From Schmidtea polychroa (Eukaryota): DNA of 64,000 bases. Positions 12,834-23,566 of this stretch are shown here, piece after piece. A program made the translations under genes and the position numbers. Location of the stretch: the NCBI GenBank assembly GCA_044892525.1, contig CM097885.1, positions 38,938,001 to 39,002,000 on the forward strand, in the 5' to 3' direction. Each line of letters starts with the position of its first letter. Positions within the stretch are counted from its first letter, which is position 1. Under the pieces are notes generated by a model. It was not told the DNA's origin. It was given only the letters and a program-made list of their open reading frames with translations, and made no database searches.

Positions 12834-15800
12834 ATGGAATCCAATCAATTGTGCAAAGAGAATCGATGGTATACGTTTCTTGTGTTGAGTGCCTCAATCG
12901 AATTTTTTGGAATCGGATCAGTTCTGCTTTATCGATTCATTGTAGAAACTGTAAAATATTATCGCAGAAAGCGTGATGAATGGAAAGCAAATCGACTGTT
13001 ATGGAAAGAGAATCCTTTAACCGAAACGATAACGGTGACAGTATCAACAGAGAATTGCGATCAGAAAATCCTTGAACCAACAACCTTTGAAAAACGAGGT
13101 TCTGATTTGCGATTTAATAGCAATGCTGTCATGACAGATTCGGTTTTCACATCTTATTCAAAAGCCAATTCTCACAATCTCGATTGGATAATCGAAGCGA
13201 AAGATTGGGCTGGTGAAATAATTTCTGGTCAAAATGGAACGGGTAGAGTTTTGATTTCAATAGTTAGCGCGTTAAGCTTAGGATCATTGGTAATCTATTT
13301 TATTGAGATTAGTCAACTTCAAGGAGTAACTGATGAATTGTGTATAAAATGGTCAGAAAGCTACACCCAGCAATTCGATTTGGCGTTTAATATAGTGTTT
13401 CTGATATTCTTTTGTCTGAGATGGATCGCCGCTACTGATAAATTCTGGTTCTGGGTTGAGATATATTCACTTGTTGATGTGTTGACAGTTCCGCCCGCCT
13501 TCATGACCTTTGCGTTGAATCGGTATTGGGTCGGTTTAAGGTTTACTAGAGCTTTAAGATTGATCAGTTTTACTGATGTCCTTGTTTTTCTGAATATTTT
13601 AAAATCTTCTAGTAAAATTAGACTTTGTCATTTGGTAACACTGTTTACAAGTTTGGTGTTGACATCGGCAGGTTTCATACATTTGATAGAATTGTCTGGA
13701 GATATTCCAGAACAAACTAATAAACAAAATAAAACATATTTTGATTATACATATTTCATGATTGCGACCATGTCAACGGTCGGTTACGGTGATATTGTTT
13801 GTAAAACCTGGCAAGGAAAGTTGATGATGATATTTTTTATCCTAGGAGGCCTAGCTATATTTGCTAATTCCATACCGGAAATCATAGAAATTATCGGCAA
13901 TCGAAATAGATACGGTGGAATATTTAAGAAGGAAATCGGTAAACAACACATTATCCTATGTGGTCACATTACATTTCAGTCAGTTTCTAATTTTTTGGCG
14001 GATTTCCTTCATAAAGACAGAGAAGATGTCGACGTACAAATTGTGATTTTGGACACCCTTCAACCAAATATCCAATTGCAAAGTGTGTTGAAAAGAAACC
14101 TTAACCAGGTACAATTTTTTCAAGGAAGTGTAATGAATACAAATGATTTAACTCGAGTTCAGCTGGAATATGCCGACGCATGTCTAATATTGTGTGATAA
14201 ATATTCAATGGATCCTGATGCTGAAGATGCTGCAAATATCATGAGAGTGATATCCATAAAAAACTATTGTCCGACTATAAAAGTGATAGTCCAGTTAATG
14301 CAATATCATAATAAAGCTTATTTGATGAATATTCCCAGTTGGGATTGGAGACGAGGTGACGATGTCGTTTGCATAGCGGAATTAAAATTGGGATTCATAG
14401 CCCAATCATGCTTGGCACCGGGATTTTCCACTTTATTAGCTAATTTATTCGTCATGAGATCGTTTAAAAAATATCATCATTTGCCAGAGTGGGTTAACCA
14501 ATATGTTGAAGGTGCTAGTCTAGAAATGTACACAGAATATCTTTCCCCCTCATTTCATGGTTTGACGTTTACCGAAGCAGTTTGTGTGTGTTTTACTAAG
14601 CTAAATTTATTATTAATTGCCGTTGAAGTTAAATCAAATAACCGACGGAATCACAGTAGCAGTATTGCAATTAATCCTAAACCTGATATTACAATTGAGC
14701 CAGGAACTCAAGGATTCTTTATAGCTGAATCGGCAGATGATGCAAAACGGGCGTTCTATTATTGTATGGCATGCCATATGTCTTGCAAATCAGTCAAACC
14801 CTGTAACTGTCAAAGCAATCAACATTTTCAGGACACGCTTTATAATATTGTCTCATGTTCTTGGCAGATGTTTAATAATAATGGAAAACCTTTGGTGGAA
14901 AGAAATTCATTTTCCAAACCAGAAACTGTTATACGAAATCGTAGAAAAAGATTTGGGGGTCAATCTGCCAAACGACGTTCTCAAGCCTTAAATGATACAA
15001 TAAATCACATAAAATTCAATGAACAGAGCCAACGAAGATTTGATTCAACTGGAATGTTTCACTGGTGCTCCAGTAGAGAATTTGAAAGTGCGATTCTCAC
15101 TAATAAAGATGACCTCTCATCGACGGTATTTTCAAATCATATAGTAGTTTGTATTTTTGCCGATGCTAACAGTCCTCTTATTGGTCTTAGAAGTTTCGTT
15201 ATGCCTTTAAGATCTAGCAATTATCACTATAATGAGTTACGACAAATCATTTTCGTTGGACCTCAAGATTATCTTCGAAGAGAATGGAAATCACTGATGA
15301 ATTTTCCAAAGATCTTTGTTCTCAATGGTTCTCCTTTGAATAGATCAAAATTGAGAATGATCAATATAAATCTCTGTGAAATGACGGTTATCTTATCCAC
15401 AAATCATTCAAATGCCTTGGTTGATGCTTATCTAGCCGATAAAGAAGCAATTTTATGCTCTTTGAACATCAAAGCCATGAAATTCACAGATGACAATCTT
15501 CAATCGAAAGATCTGTCAGAAATGTTTAAAAACCTTTCGACCAGTGCTTCACATCAAAATGACATTATACCGATGATAACAGAATTAAGTGTTGATTCAA
15601 GTGTTCAATATTTGGATCAAGATGATGAAGATAATCCTGATACTGAATTATTTTTAACTCAACCATTTGCATGTGGTCGAGCTTTTGCGGTCAGTGTTTT
15701 AGATTCATTGATGAGTACAGCGTACTTTAATGAAAATGCTTTGACATTAATTAGAACAATGGTCACAGGCGGTGCCACTTTGGAATTAGAAGAATTACTA

Positions 15801-16199
15801 TCAGAAGGTTCTGGAATACAAGGAGCATACTTAACTCCAGAAACCGTTGCCAATAGAGATAGATGTCGAGTAGAAACGATGCGTTTAGAAAATTCTCCCT
15901 ACAATGAATTGTTTGGTAATGAAAAGACTTACGGCTCATTATTCATGAAATGCTTTAAAGAATATGGAATTCTTTGCTTTGGCCTTTATCGGTTGATAGT
16001 TGATAACATGGACAATTGTTCTTTTAATATTTCCACTAACAAAAATAGATTTGTCGTCACAAATCCATCTCCAGAAACCCCTTTAATGAATCAAGATTGG
16101 GTGTTTTGTTTAAGGCCTTTTAATATTGATTTATATAAAAGTTTTAATACTAAAAAGTTAGATTTGACATCGACGAAAGGTAAGATGACTGCTGTGTAA
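12834..16199 (+). CDS. slo: Calcium-activated large-conductance K+ channel alpha subunit (Slo1/BK/KCNMA1-like), single ORF
   Basis: S0 helix, AKDWAGE, S4 LRFTRALRL, pore TMSTVGYGD, S6 GGLAIFANSIPEIIE, RCK1 HIILCGHIT/DFLHKDRED, CMACH heme motif, RCK2 and Ca-bowl QYLDQDDEDNPDTE. 1121 aa uninterrupted. Confidence 0.97.
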   Translation: MESNQLCKENRWYTFLVLSASIEFFGIGSVLLYRFIVETVKYYRRKRDEWKANRLLWKENPLTETITVTVSTENCDQKILEPTTFEKRGSDLRFNSNAVMTDSVFTSYSKANSHNLDWIIEAKDWAGEIISGQNGTGRVLISIVSALSLGSLVIYFIEISQLQGVTDELCIKWSESYTQQFDLAFNIVFLIFFCLRWIAATDKFWFWVEIYSLVDVLTVPPAFMTFALNRYWVGLRFTRALRLISFTDVLVFLNILKSSSKIRLCHLVTLFTSLVLTSAGFIHLIELSGDIPEQTNKQNKTYFDYTYFMIATMSTVGYGDIVCKTWQGKLMMIFFILGGLAIFANSIPEIIEIIGNRNRYGGIFKKEIGKQHIILCGHITFQSVSNFLADFLHKDREDVDVQIVILDTLQPNIQLQSVLKRNLNQVQFFQGSVMNTNDLTRVQLEYADACLILCDKYSMDPDAEDAANIMRVISIKNYCPTIKVIVQLMQYHNKAYLMNIPSWDWRRGDDVVCIAELKLGFIAQSCLAPGFSTLLANLFVMRSFKKYHHLPEWVNQYVEGASLEMYTEYLSPSFHGLTFTEAVCVCFTKLNLLLIAVEVKSNNRRNHSSSIAINPKPDITIEPGTQGFFIAESADDAKRAFYYCMACHMSCKSVKPCNCQSNQHFQDTLYNIVSCSWQMFNNNGKPLVERNSFSKPETVIRNRRKRFGGQSAKRRSQALNDTINHIKFNEQSQRRFDSTGMFHWCSSREFESAILTNKDDLSSTVFSNHIVVCIFADANSPLIGLRSFVMPLRSSNYHYNELRQIIFVGPQDYLRREWKSLMNFPKIFVLNGSPLNRSKLRMININLCEMTVILSTNHSNALVDAYLADKEAILCSLNIKAMKFTDDNLQSKDLSEMFKNLSTSASHQNDIIPMITELSVDSSVQYLDQDDEDNPDTELFLTQPFACGRAFAVSVLDSLMSTAYFNENALTLIRTMVTGGATLELEELLSEGSGIQGAYLTPETVANRDRCRVETMRLENSPYNELFGNEKTYGSLFMKCFKEYGILCFGLYRLIVDNMDNCSFNISTNKNRFVVTNPSPETPLMNQDWVFCLRPFNIDLYKSFNTKKLDLTSTKGKMTAV

Positions 16200-16206
16200 T
16201 ATTTTT

Positions 16207-16212
16207 AATAAA
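16207..16212 (+). promoter_or_regulatory. Candidate polyadenylation signal for slo
   Basis: AATAAA 8 nt after the stop codon. Weak evidence in AT-rich DNA. Confidence 0.35.
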
Positions 16213-16297
16213 ACTTCATTTTATCACTATTCCATAAACATTTATATATTTATTAAACAGTTTAATGAGTTTCATAACTTACCAAATGAACCTAATA

Positions 16298-16395
16298 CAG
16301 TGGACCACTGTTTATCCGCACCTTCTTTATCCATATCCCAGTCTTACGGAACCTTCTCCGTGGTTCAGGCTGTTTCGGATAAACGGAGTTCACTG
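16298..16395. mobile_element. Tc1/mariner-pogo type MITE (98 bp)
   Basis: TA|CAGTGGACCACTGTTTATCCG ... CGGATAAACGGAGTTCACTG|TA. Confidence 0.75.
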
Positions 16396-18942
16396 TAGTA
16401 AAAGTGACATTAAAATTGAAAAATTTTATTATTAAAGTTTGAAGCCGATTTAAAAATAAAAAATCAGCAAATTCATAAAAAAACAACAGAAACAAAGAGT
16501 TTTTATACAAAGAAAAGACAAACACCATCTAGGATAACAGGTTGTCAGAACAGACCATACTATACGTAAAGTTGCAGCATATCCAACAGCGTGAACAACT
16601 TTCCTTTCAACCTTTTTTCTCTAGATCTGTGCTCATGTGTATGAACCATACGTAAAATATTGAAGAATATTCTGCTCTAATAGCTTAGTATCCAGTCTTT
16701 AGGCTTTTACTGTCACTATTGTGTGCTAAACGTCATACTACCTTCTGCTTGCTCATTGTCAATGGAACTTAGCTCCTTAGGTTTGTTGTTAGGAAATCAC
16801 TATGATAGCAAATACATGGTTTTGTTATCAAATACTTAATTTTAACAATGATATGGGGTGCCGTGTTTGTACCTGATTAAATGGCGCTTGTTTTGCTAAA
16901 ACTGAAAGTCGATGCAATTGTACGCCTCTAAATATTTGAATATGGGTTCTCAAATAAAACATGATCATCTCATGCTTATCAAACATGAATTTAACTCTTC
17001 ATGCTAATTTAGTTGAATGTGAGGAAATGGTGTTTTTCATTTTCTAATTCTAACCCCACGCTGCATTTGATAAATAATTTATTGGGTGTGTTGGCACATA
17101 CCAAGAAAATGACTAATAACTCCCCACAAATTATTGTCAAGATTTTATAAGAAATATTGGAAATTTCACAATTTAAACTATTTATGTGGATTTCAACAGC
17201 AACATTTTTTCAAAAATATGTAAGTGATTTTAAATTTATTTAATAATTAACTCTAATCAGTTTAGGTTATGTTTTTATGACACATTTCAACTTTATATCA
17301 CGATTTTTCATTTTTAAAAATTATTTTACTACACATTTTATATATAAACGTAATTTTCCTATCTTTCAATATACTTTTTACAACAATAAATATAAAATAA
17401 TTACACTCAAGCCCATGTTGTGCCCCAACAACACATGTTAACATACATACTAATTCTTACTGTGTACGGTTGCATTATCTATATTTTTTCGTTACGACAA
17501 GTTAATATAATTTATTAATTTTTTTATTTTATAGACTTTTTCATCAAATGCAATACTTTATACACCAAATTACACTGAGATACACTTTTTATAATACAAT
17601 TTAGAACGTAAATCAACTTGGTGAATAATTATTTTTCATTAATCACTTGGTTTCAGTCATTTTATTATTGATTTTTCTACATTTTCAGAAAATTATTTAT
17701 TTTATTTGTGGAAATATTTAAATTTAAAGTGAGTTAAGTCTATTTTAAAGTAATATTTATTTAAAAAAACAAGCTGATCACCATAAATATGTATTTTTTT
17801 GACATTTTGTGAAAAATTGGCGAATCTGGACATAATGGAAATAATCTTCCTCATTTTCTATGACATTTATTATTCGAAATTCTATAATAGTATTAAATTT
17901 TTAAATAAATCTTACCGAATCATCTTTTCATCTTCGCAAAATGTAAGGGATTTGACAGATATGTCTTGATACTAATGAAATATTAAATTAATTTTAACTT
18001 TTAAATAATTTTTACGATAAAATCTCTCTTTCGTGAAATCTCAATTTTTTCGACATCTATTATTTTTAAAAATTCCCTAAAAAAAAACTTATTACAGGAA
18101 TTTATCTCGTTGCTTCACTTTCAATATCCTATAGTATAGAGTTTATCTCATTGCACTTGCAAAGAATAACATCAAAGTGAGTAGATGTGTTTCTATATTA
18201 TAACGTTATTGATTTTTATCTTATATAGAATGTTTGTTCAGTCTTGACACTGTCTAACTTACTTTTTTCAAATATTGCAATCTTGATTAAGTCTTCCAAC
18301 ACATAAAATTTTCCAGAATCTAAAACATTACAGTCGTATAATTGCTAAAATAAAATTATTTCTATTAATTAAAAAACAATTATAAAACCTATTTTATTTG
18401 ATCAATTAAAACAAATTCATTTCAAAATATTATTCATCAAATCCCTTTTAAAACAATATTGATGGGGCATAAAATAAATTCTTATACAAAAAGCACTGAC
18501 TGTCTCAAATATAAATGACGCTGTCAAATGATAAAAAATGAAATGAAATTTATATTGAGAAAATGTAAACAAAATGAATTTCTTGGATTTTTTTTCGATT
18601 TTCAATTTACCGGGGAAAATTTTTGTTATTTTTGAAATTCCTCTGTAAACTGTTTCGCCCCTTAAAATATTTAACTAGAGATTTTCATCATTTAATTGAA
18701 TCAAAATAACACTTAAAATAATCAAAAAAAGATTGTATTCGGATGCAAATGACTTGTTTTTGATTGAAGTAGTCTCTTAAATTAAAGTTAAACATTTGTA
18801 AAAAGGCATAATTGAAACAAAAAAAATATTAATAATTTTTCATTGCCAATATTCTCTAAATTCCAATTATACATAACACTTAATTTTTGTAAATAACGAA
18901 AATACAAAAAATCTTATTGTGATGAGATTTAAAGTATATAAT

Positions 18943-19903
18943 TGTTGGGTTATTGAGTTGGTGATAATTTTAAATGTTACTCTGACTCCAAGCGTGTCTT
19001 TATACGATTCACAAAAAACACTTGACAACAGAAATCTTTATTGATAATCACAAATACACTTTATTTTCACACCGATAATAAATTCAACACTCTGCTTGGT
19101 GACTATACAATGCTTATTGCAACACTCGGTGAGGAATAGCACTTGTGTATAACACCGGATTAAAAGATCACAAATTACTGATTGGCTTCTAAACTGCGAT
19201 TTTGAGCTGGTTGTTTTCTTTGACTTTCTTCACAACTTTATTCAAATAATCAAATAACTTCTTTTCGTTTTATTTTTCAACTAATTATTTTCTTCAACTA
19301 TTCTCCAATAATTATTCTCCACAATTATTTCCTCTACAATTATTTTGACAATCGTTTGTCCAACAACGTTTCCTCCAACGTCTAATTTTCTCCAATAATT
19401 TTATCTCTCAAATCGTCTCTCAAATCGTCTTCCAAATTGTTTTCAATTGCGCGTCACTTTGCCTCTAATTTTCTTCTAATTTTGCTCTCCTTTCTTGTTC
19501 ACCAGTTTTCCCTTATATAGTTCGCTTCTCTTGTGGCACTACAGATAATCAAGTGTTTTTCCATTTTCCTTCTCCTGCTTTTCCCGACTGTCCCATTTTT
19601 TATCTCTGACAGCTGTCAAGTTGTTTTCCCTTTTCCCTTTTTTGTTTGACCGCATTCTCCCATCAATTCTTATTATCACTGTCAAGCTGTCGAGATAAAA
19701 ATATTGTTGTTTTCCTTTTTCCTCGATTTCAAAATTCCTTTTCCTTTTTGTACTAATTAATTCCTTTTATTTCCTTTATCTTTCTCATTTTTAATTTCTT
19801 TTCCTTTCTGAGTTTTTATAGATCGTCCTGTTTGTCATGGCGATCTTCCCCCCAGGAAATTTTATTTAGTATTTTATAAATTGTTATTTAGGTATCCTCA
19901 ACA
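18943..19903. mobile_element. Solo LTR (961 bp)
   Basis: TGTTG...CAACA ends. 4-bp TSD TAAT (18939-42, 19904-07). Related to 6440-7326. Confidence 0.85.
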
Positions 19904-20062
19904 TAATTATGTTTAAATTAAATTTGGCATAATAAATGGCCATCAAAAGTAGTTTTTCATAAATAAAACCAATACAAATGGCAATCGCTATTTGGTGTTA
20001 TTTTTGATGTTATTTTCAAGTTTTTATTCGCCAAAACTCCCAAATTAAAACCATAACATTAA

Positions 20063-20326
20063 CCTTTTGCACTCCGTTGGTGAATATATGCCGCCACTAT
20101 TTATAAGCTATAAAACCTATAAATAGTCATCGATCGTTGTTATTTTTGTTTAAATAAATAAATTTATTAATATATCTAGTGTTTGGAATGCACATTTGCA
20201 TGATACCTTTTTAATTTTTATTTTTAATTAATTTTGTCTTAAGTCTACTATTTGTGCTTTAAATTGCAAAAAATGTATGCTGGAGTTACAGGTATGTCAT
20301 ACAAAAGAATTCACGAGTTGAAAGGG
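20063..20326. mobile_element. piggyBac-like MITE
   Basis: TTAA|CCTTTTGCACTC ... GAGTTGAAAGGG|TTAA. Confidence 0.6.
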
Positions 20327-20979
20327 TTAAATTCAATGCATATGTCTATATGTTTCTTTGTCTGGGCTTGTTATTAGGATGTTGTGCAGATAAGCGATTG
20401 CGTTATTGTTATTTTTTATTGTTTGATCCATGAATCGTTGGAAAGTTGCTGCGACGTTCATGCAGCCCACATCAATGAGTCTGTTAATAGGAGAAAATTT
20501 GTAATGATTATAATGATTATAAATTTTTCATAATTAATGCTAATAATAATGGCTACTAGATCACAATCACTGGTTCTTATTATTTTTTGAAGTTATACCG
20601 GGATATCAACTTGAAATTTTTGACTAAACAAAAACATGCATCACGACATGGACTGGTTAAGTGTAGGTAGTGGTACACCGTCGAAACGAAACAACAATGA
20701 TGTGGTAACTGTCGAAGTCACATGGCTTAAGTACGGCTTGTAGAATCAGCGGACGGTTACTGATGGGGAAAATGTCCTTGCACTATAAGATGCGTTGTGC
20801 ACATTGGATAATTCTTTCCCACATGTAAGATCAACGCACGGAAAAAATTTATGATGATGTATTATTGTGTATATGAAGTAAAATGCATACATCTCATATT
20901 ATTTGAAAAGATCAACAGTTAGGACGCCCTAGCTAACTACAACTTTTTCCGTTTGGAGTTAACCAGTTACAATAGCACC

Positions 20980-21340
20980 AACTTTAACTAAGAAATATAA
21001 GTGTTAATGGTGCACCTGTTTTCGTGGAAGTTGACAAAACTTATTTTCATCGAAAATCCCATCGTGGTCATCTTTCACTTGAATCATAGGTAGTTGGTAT
21101 TTTAGCGTCTAAATATGGTCGTGTAAAATGCCCCAACACTCAAAAGTATCATTATGGTCCATTCTCTGCCAGGAAGTATTGTCGTAACTAATACATGGAC
21201 TGAATATGCTAACATTGTGCAGATCAGCAATGGGGTTTATGATGTTGTGCATGCAGATAATTTCGTTAATAAACTTGAAATGGACATTCATATACAGACT
21301 ATCGAGGGTTTGGGGATACACAAACCGTCAATATAAATTA
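20980..21340 (+). pseudogene. Merlin/IS1016 (ISXO2-like) DDE transposase remnant
   Basis: VFVEVDKTYFHRKSHRG (cf. VEIDES...RKYxRG) and LPGSIVVTNTWTEY...VHADNFV...HIQTIEG (cf. PGS.I.TD.W..Y...VNHS..FV...HTQ.IE). Confidence 0.7.
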
Positions 21341-21466
21341 CAAAAGAAACCATTGATATACGCTTCCTATAATATAAGAAAAAAATCAATAATCTTACAT
21401 TATACAAACATACAAACTCACTTTAATTACACTTTAATTTGACAGTGCAATGAGATACGCTTTACA

Positions 21467-22273
21467 CGGCGCGCCCCCAAAACATCGACTTCTAGATAAT
21501 CAACAACAAAATTATCAACTTCTAATTCATCTATTGGCGAAAACATCTACTGTCTAAAACATCGAGTCCAAAACATCAACAACAAATACATCGATTGTCA
21601 ATAAAATCTACTTTTAAAACTTCTAAAACATCGAGTTTTAAAACATCTATAAATTAAAATTAAATTAAATATGAACAAAATTTTTATCAATTTGTGTCTG
21701 ATTTAATTATCTAAATTAGGCATGTAACTATTAGCCAACAAAATGTAGTTTTTGCAAGATATTGCATGCAAGTTAATAAATAGAAAACCAGATATTAAAA
21801 AAAAATCTGAGGGGTGGGAATGAATAATAGCAAGTTCTGTTTTAAAAATCACAGGAGTTAAAATATGGTAAATTGTTTCATTTCAAGTTTTTGCAATCAA
21901 AATGAACATGCTACTTACATGCCTAATATAAAGATGGCTGAGCGATTAGATAATCAACAACAAAATAATCTTTTGTTGAATTAATTAAATTGATGAAAAT
22001 ATAACGAAAAGAGATGGTTTCAAAATTAAACAAATTAAAAAAAACTATTAAAATTAAAAAAAATGATGAGAGCATTTAATTAAAAAAGGTTTTTTAAACT
22101 CGATGTTTTAGGTGATTGATGTTCTTGCCTTTTATTACTAGATGTTATTGACAGTTGATGTTTTTGACAGTAGATGTTTTCGACAATAGATGTTTTAAGG
22201 CTAAAAGTAGATCTTTTCACACTCGATGTTTTAAAAATCGATGTACTAGAAGTCGATTTTATGAGGTGACCCG
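21467..22273. mobile_element. MULE-like non-autonomous element with tandem subterminal repeats
   Basis: Direct flanks gctttaca(c) at 21459 and 22274 (8-9 bp TSD). Imperfect TIR CGG...ATCGACTTCTAG. Many AAAACATC(G/T)A repeats, inverted between the two ends. Confidence 0.8.
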
Positions 22274-23534
22274 GCTTTACACTATCGAAATCTAAAAAGT
22301 GGTAGAAAAATTAAATACTGCACACAAGCACAACACATACTAAAACATATATGCAAACTTTCGGTATATAGAAATGCCCTGGTGATATACATTTCTATAA
22401 CAACTTTATTTCAGACAATTTTGAGAACAAAAAAGATGGCTGAAAGTTTTAAATGTATTTATGAAGAAACTACGTTAAATCTGAAAAATTATTTACTATT
22501 AGTATATAAAATATCACAAGCTTGCAATTCTTCATTTAGTATCCGTATACATCAAAGCGCAATTTATAATGGCAAATTGGACATTAAATAAAATCCAGTC
22601 AATTTGTGTTAATTTTAATATTAACGGTCATTTTTAATGCTAAGTTCTATGTAATTAAATTTTTAAATATATTTTAGATTTTATGATAAAAGAAGTAAAA
22701 CATTTATATATTTATTTTAACAAAAACTTCACATTTCTCCTAGAATGTCTTTCATCATACATTTAGGATAGAACATTTTAATGTGATGATAGCAATTTCT
22801 CGAATTACTCTAATATGGCTTTTAGAGTTCTACATTAACTGCTTGGTGTATTGCAGGAAATCCATAATTTTAATCTTTTCTTCATTTTTAATTTTACTAA
22901 ATACAATCTAAGTGTAGTTTAAAATGGGTTAGCATTAGAGATATCCTAAAATGTATTCATATTTAGTCGTTTCAAAATTAAAATTTTGGAGTTTATAAAA
23001 TGTCTTGGAGTTTAATTAATATCCATTTGTGTGAAATTTTCATTATGTAACTTGTGTGAATCGTGCTTGTGTGCAAGTATTTATTTTTCTTACAAAAGTG
23101 AATTTTTATATCTGTCTCTAGTGTAAGCCATTATTTAATGTCAAGGATTTAATTAAATGTCACTTGGCTATGACACTCACACATACATTTAATATAGGTT
23201 TGTTTTATTTATATTATTAATCTTTAAAACAATGTTTTTTAGCTATCATCAATTGCCCACCGGTGTATAGCTTAGCCATAAGTGATGCCAAAATTTCAGA
23301 ACCTGCAATTTAAAGTGGGCAGCGAACTACTTAGAATATATCATATATTTTTTGGTTAGTAGATAAATAATAAAAATATTTCTTTTAGTAAAATATTATA
23401 TTTATGTAGAACAGTGATATTCTTAATGTCATAATTCCCAATTGTTTTTCACTTAAGATATTGTTTAAATTAACTTTGCAACAAAATTTTACATTCATTT
23501 ACAGTGAATACACTATTATTTATAACATTATTAA

Positions 23535-23566
23535 AACTCCGAGCGCAGTTGGGTAGTAATACTAGT
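23535..23566 (+). mobile_element. Possible Helitron 3' end
   Basis: Short GC-rich imperfect hairpin (ccgagcgcagttgg) about 10 nt before CTAG|T. Confidence 0.3.

Noticed and set aside
14737..15853. Small ORFs overlapping slo
   Set aside because: These are shadow frames of a real coding sequence.
6440..19903. Single LTR element that captured slo
   Set aside because: Each LTR has its own distinct TSD and the two are too diverged.
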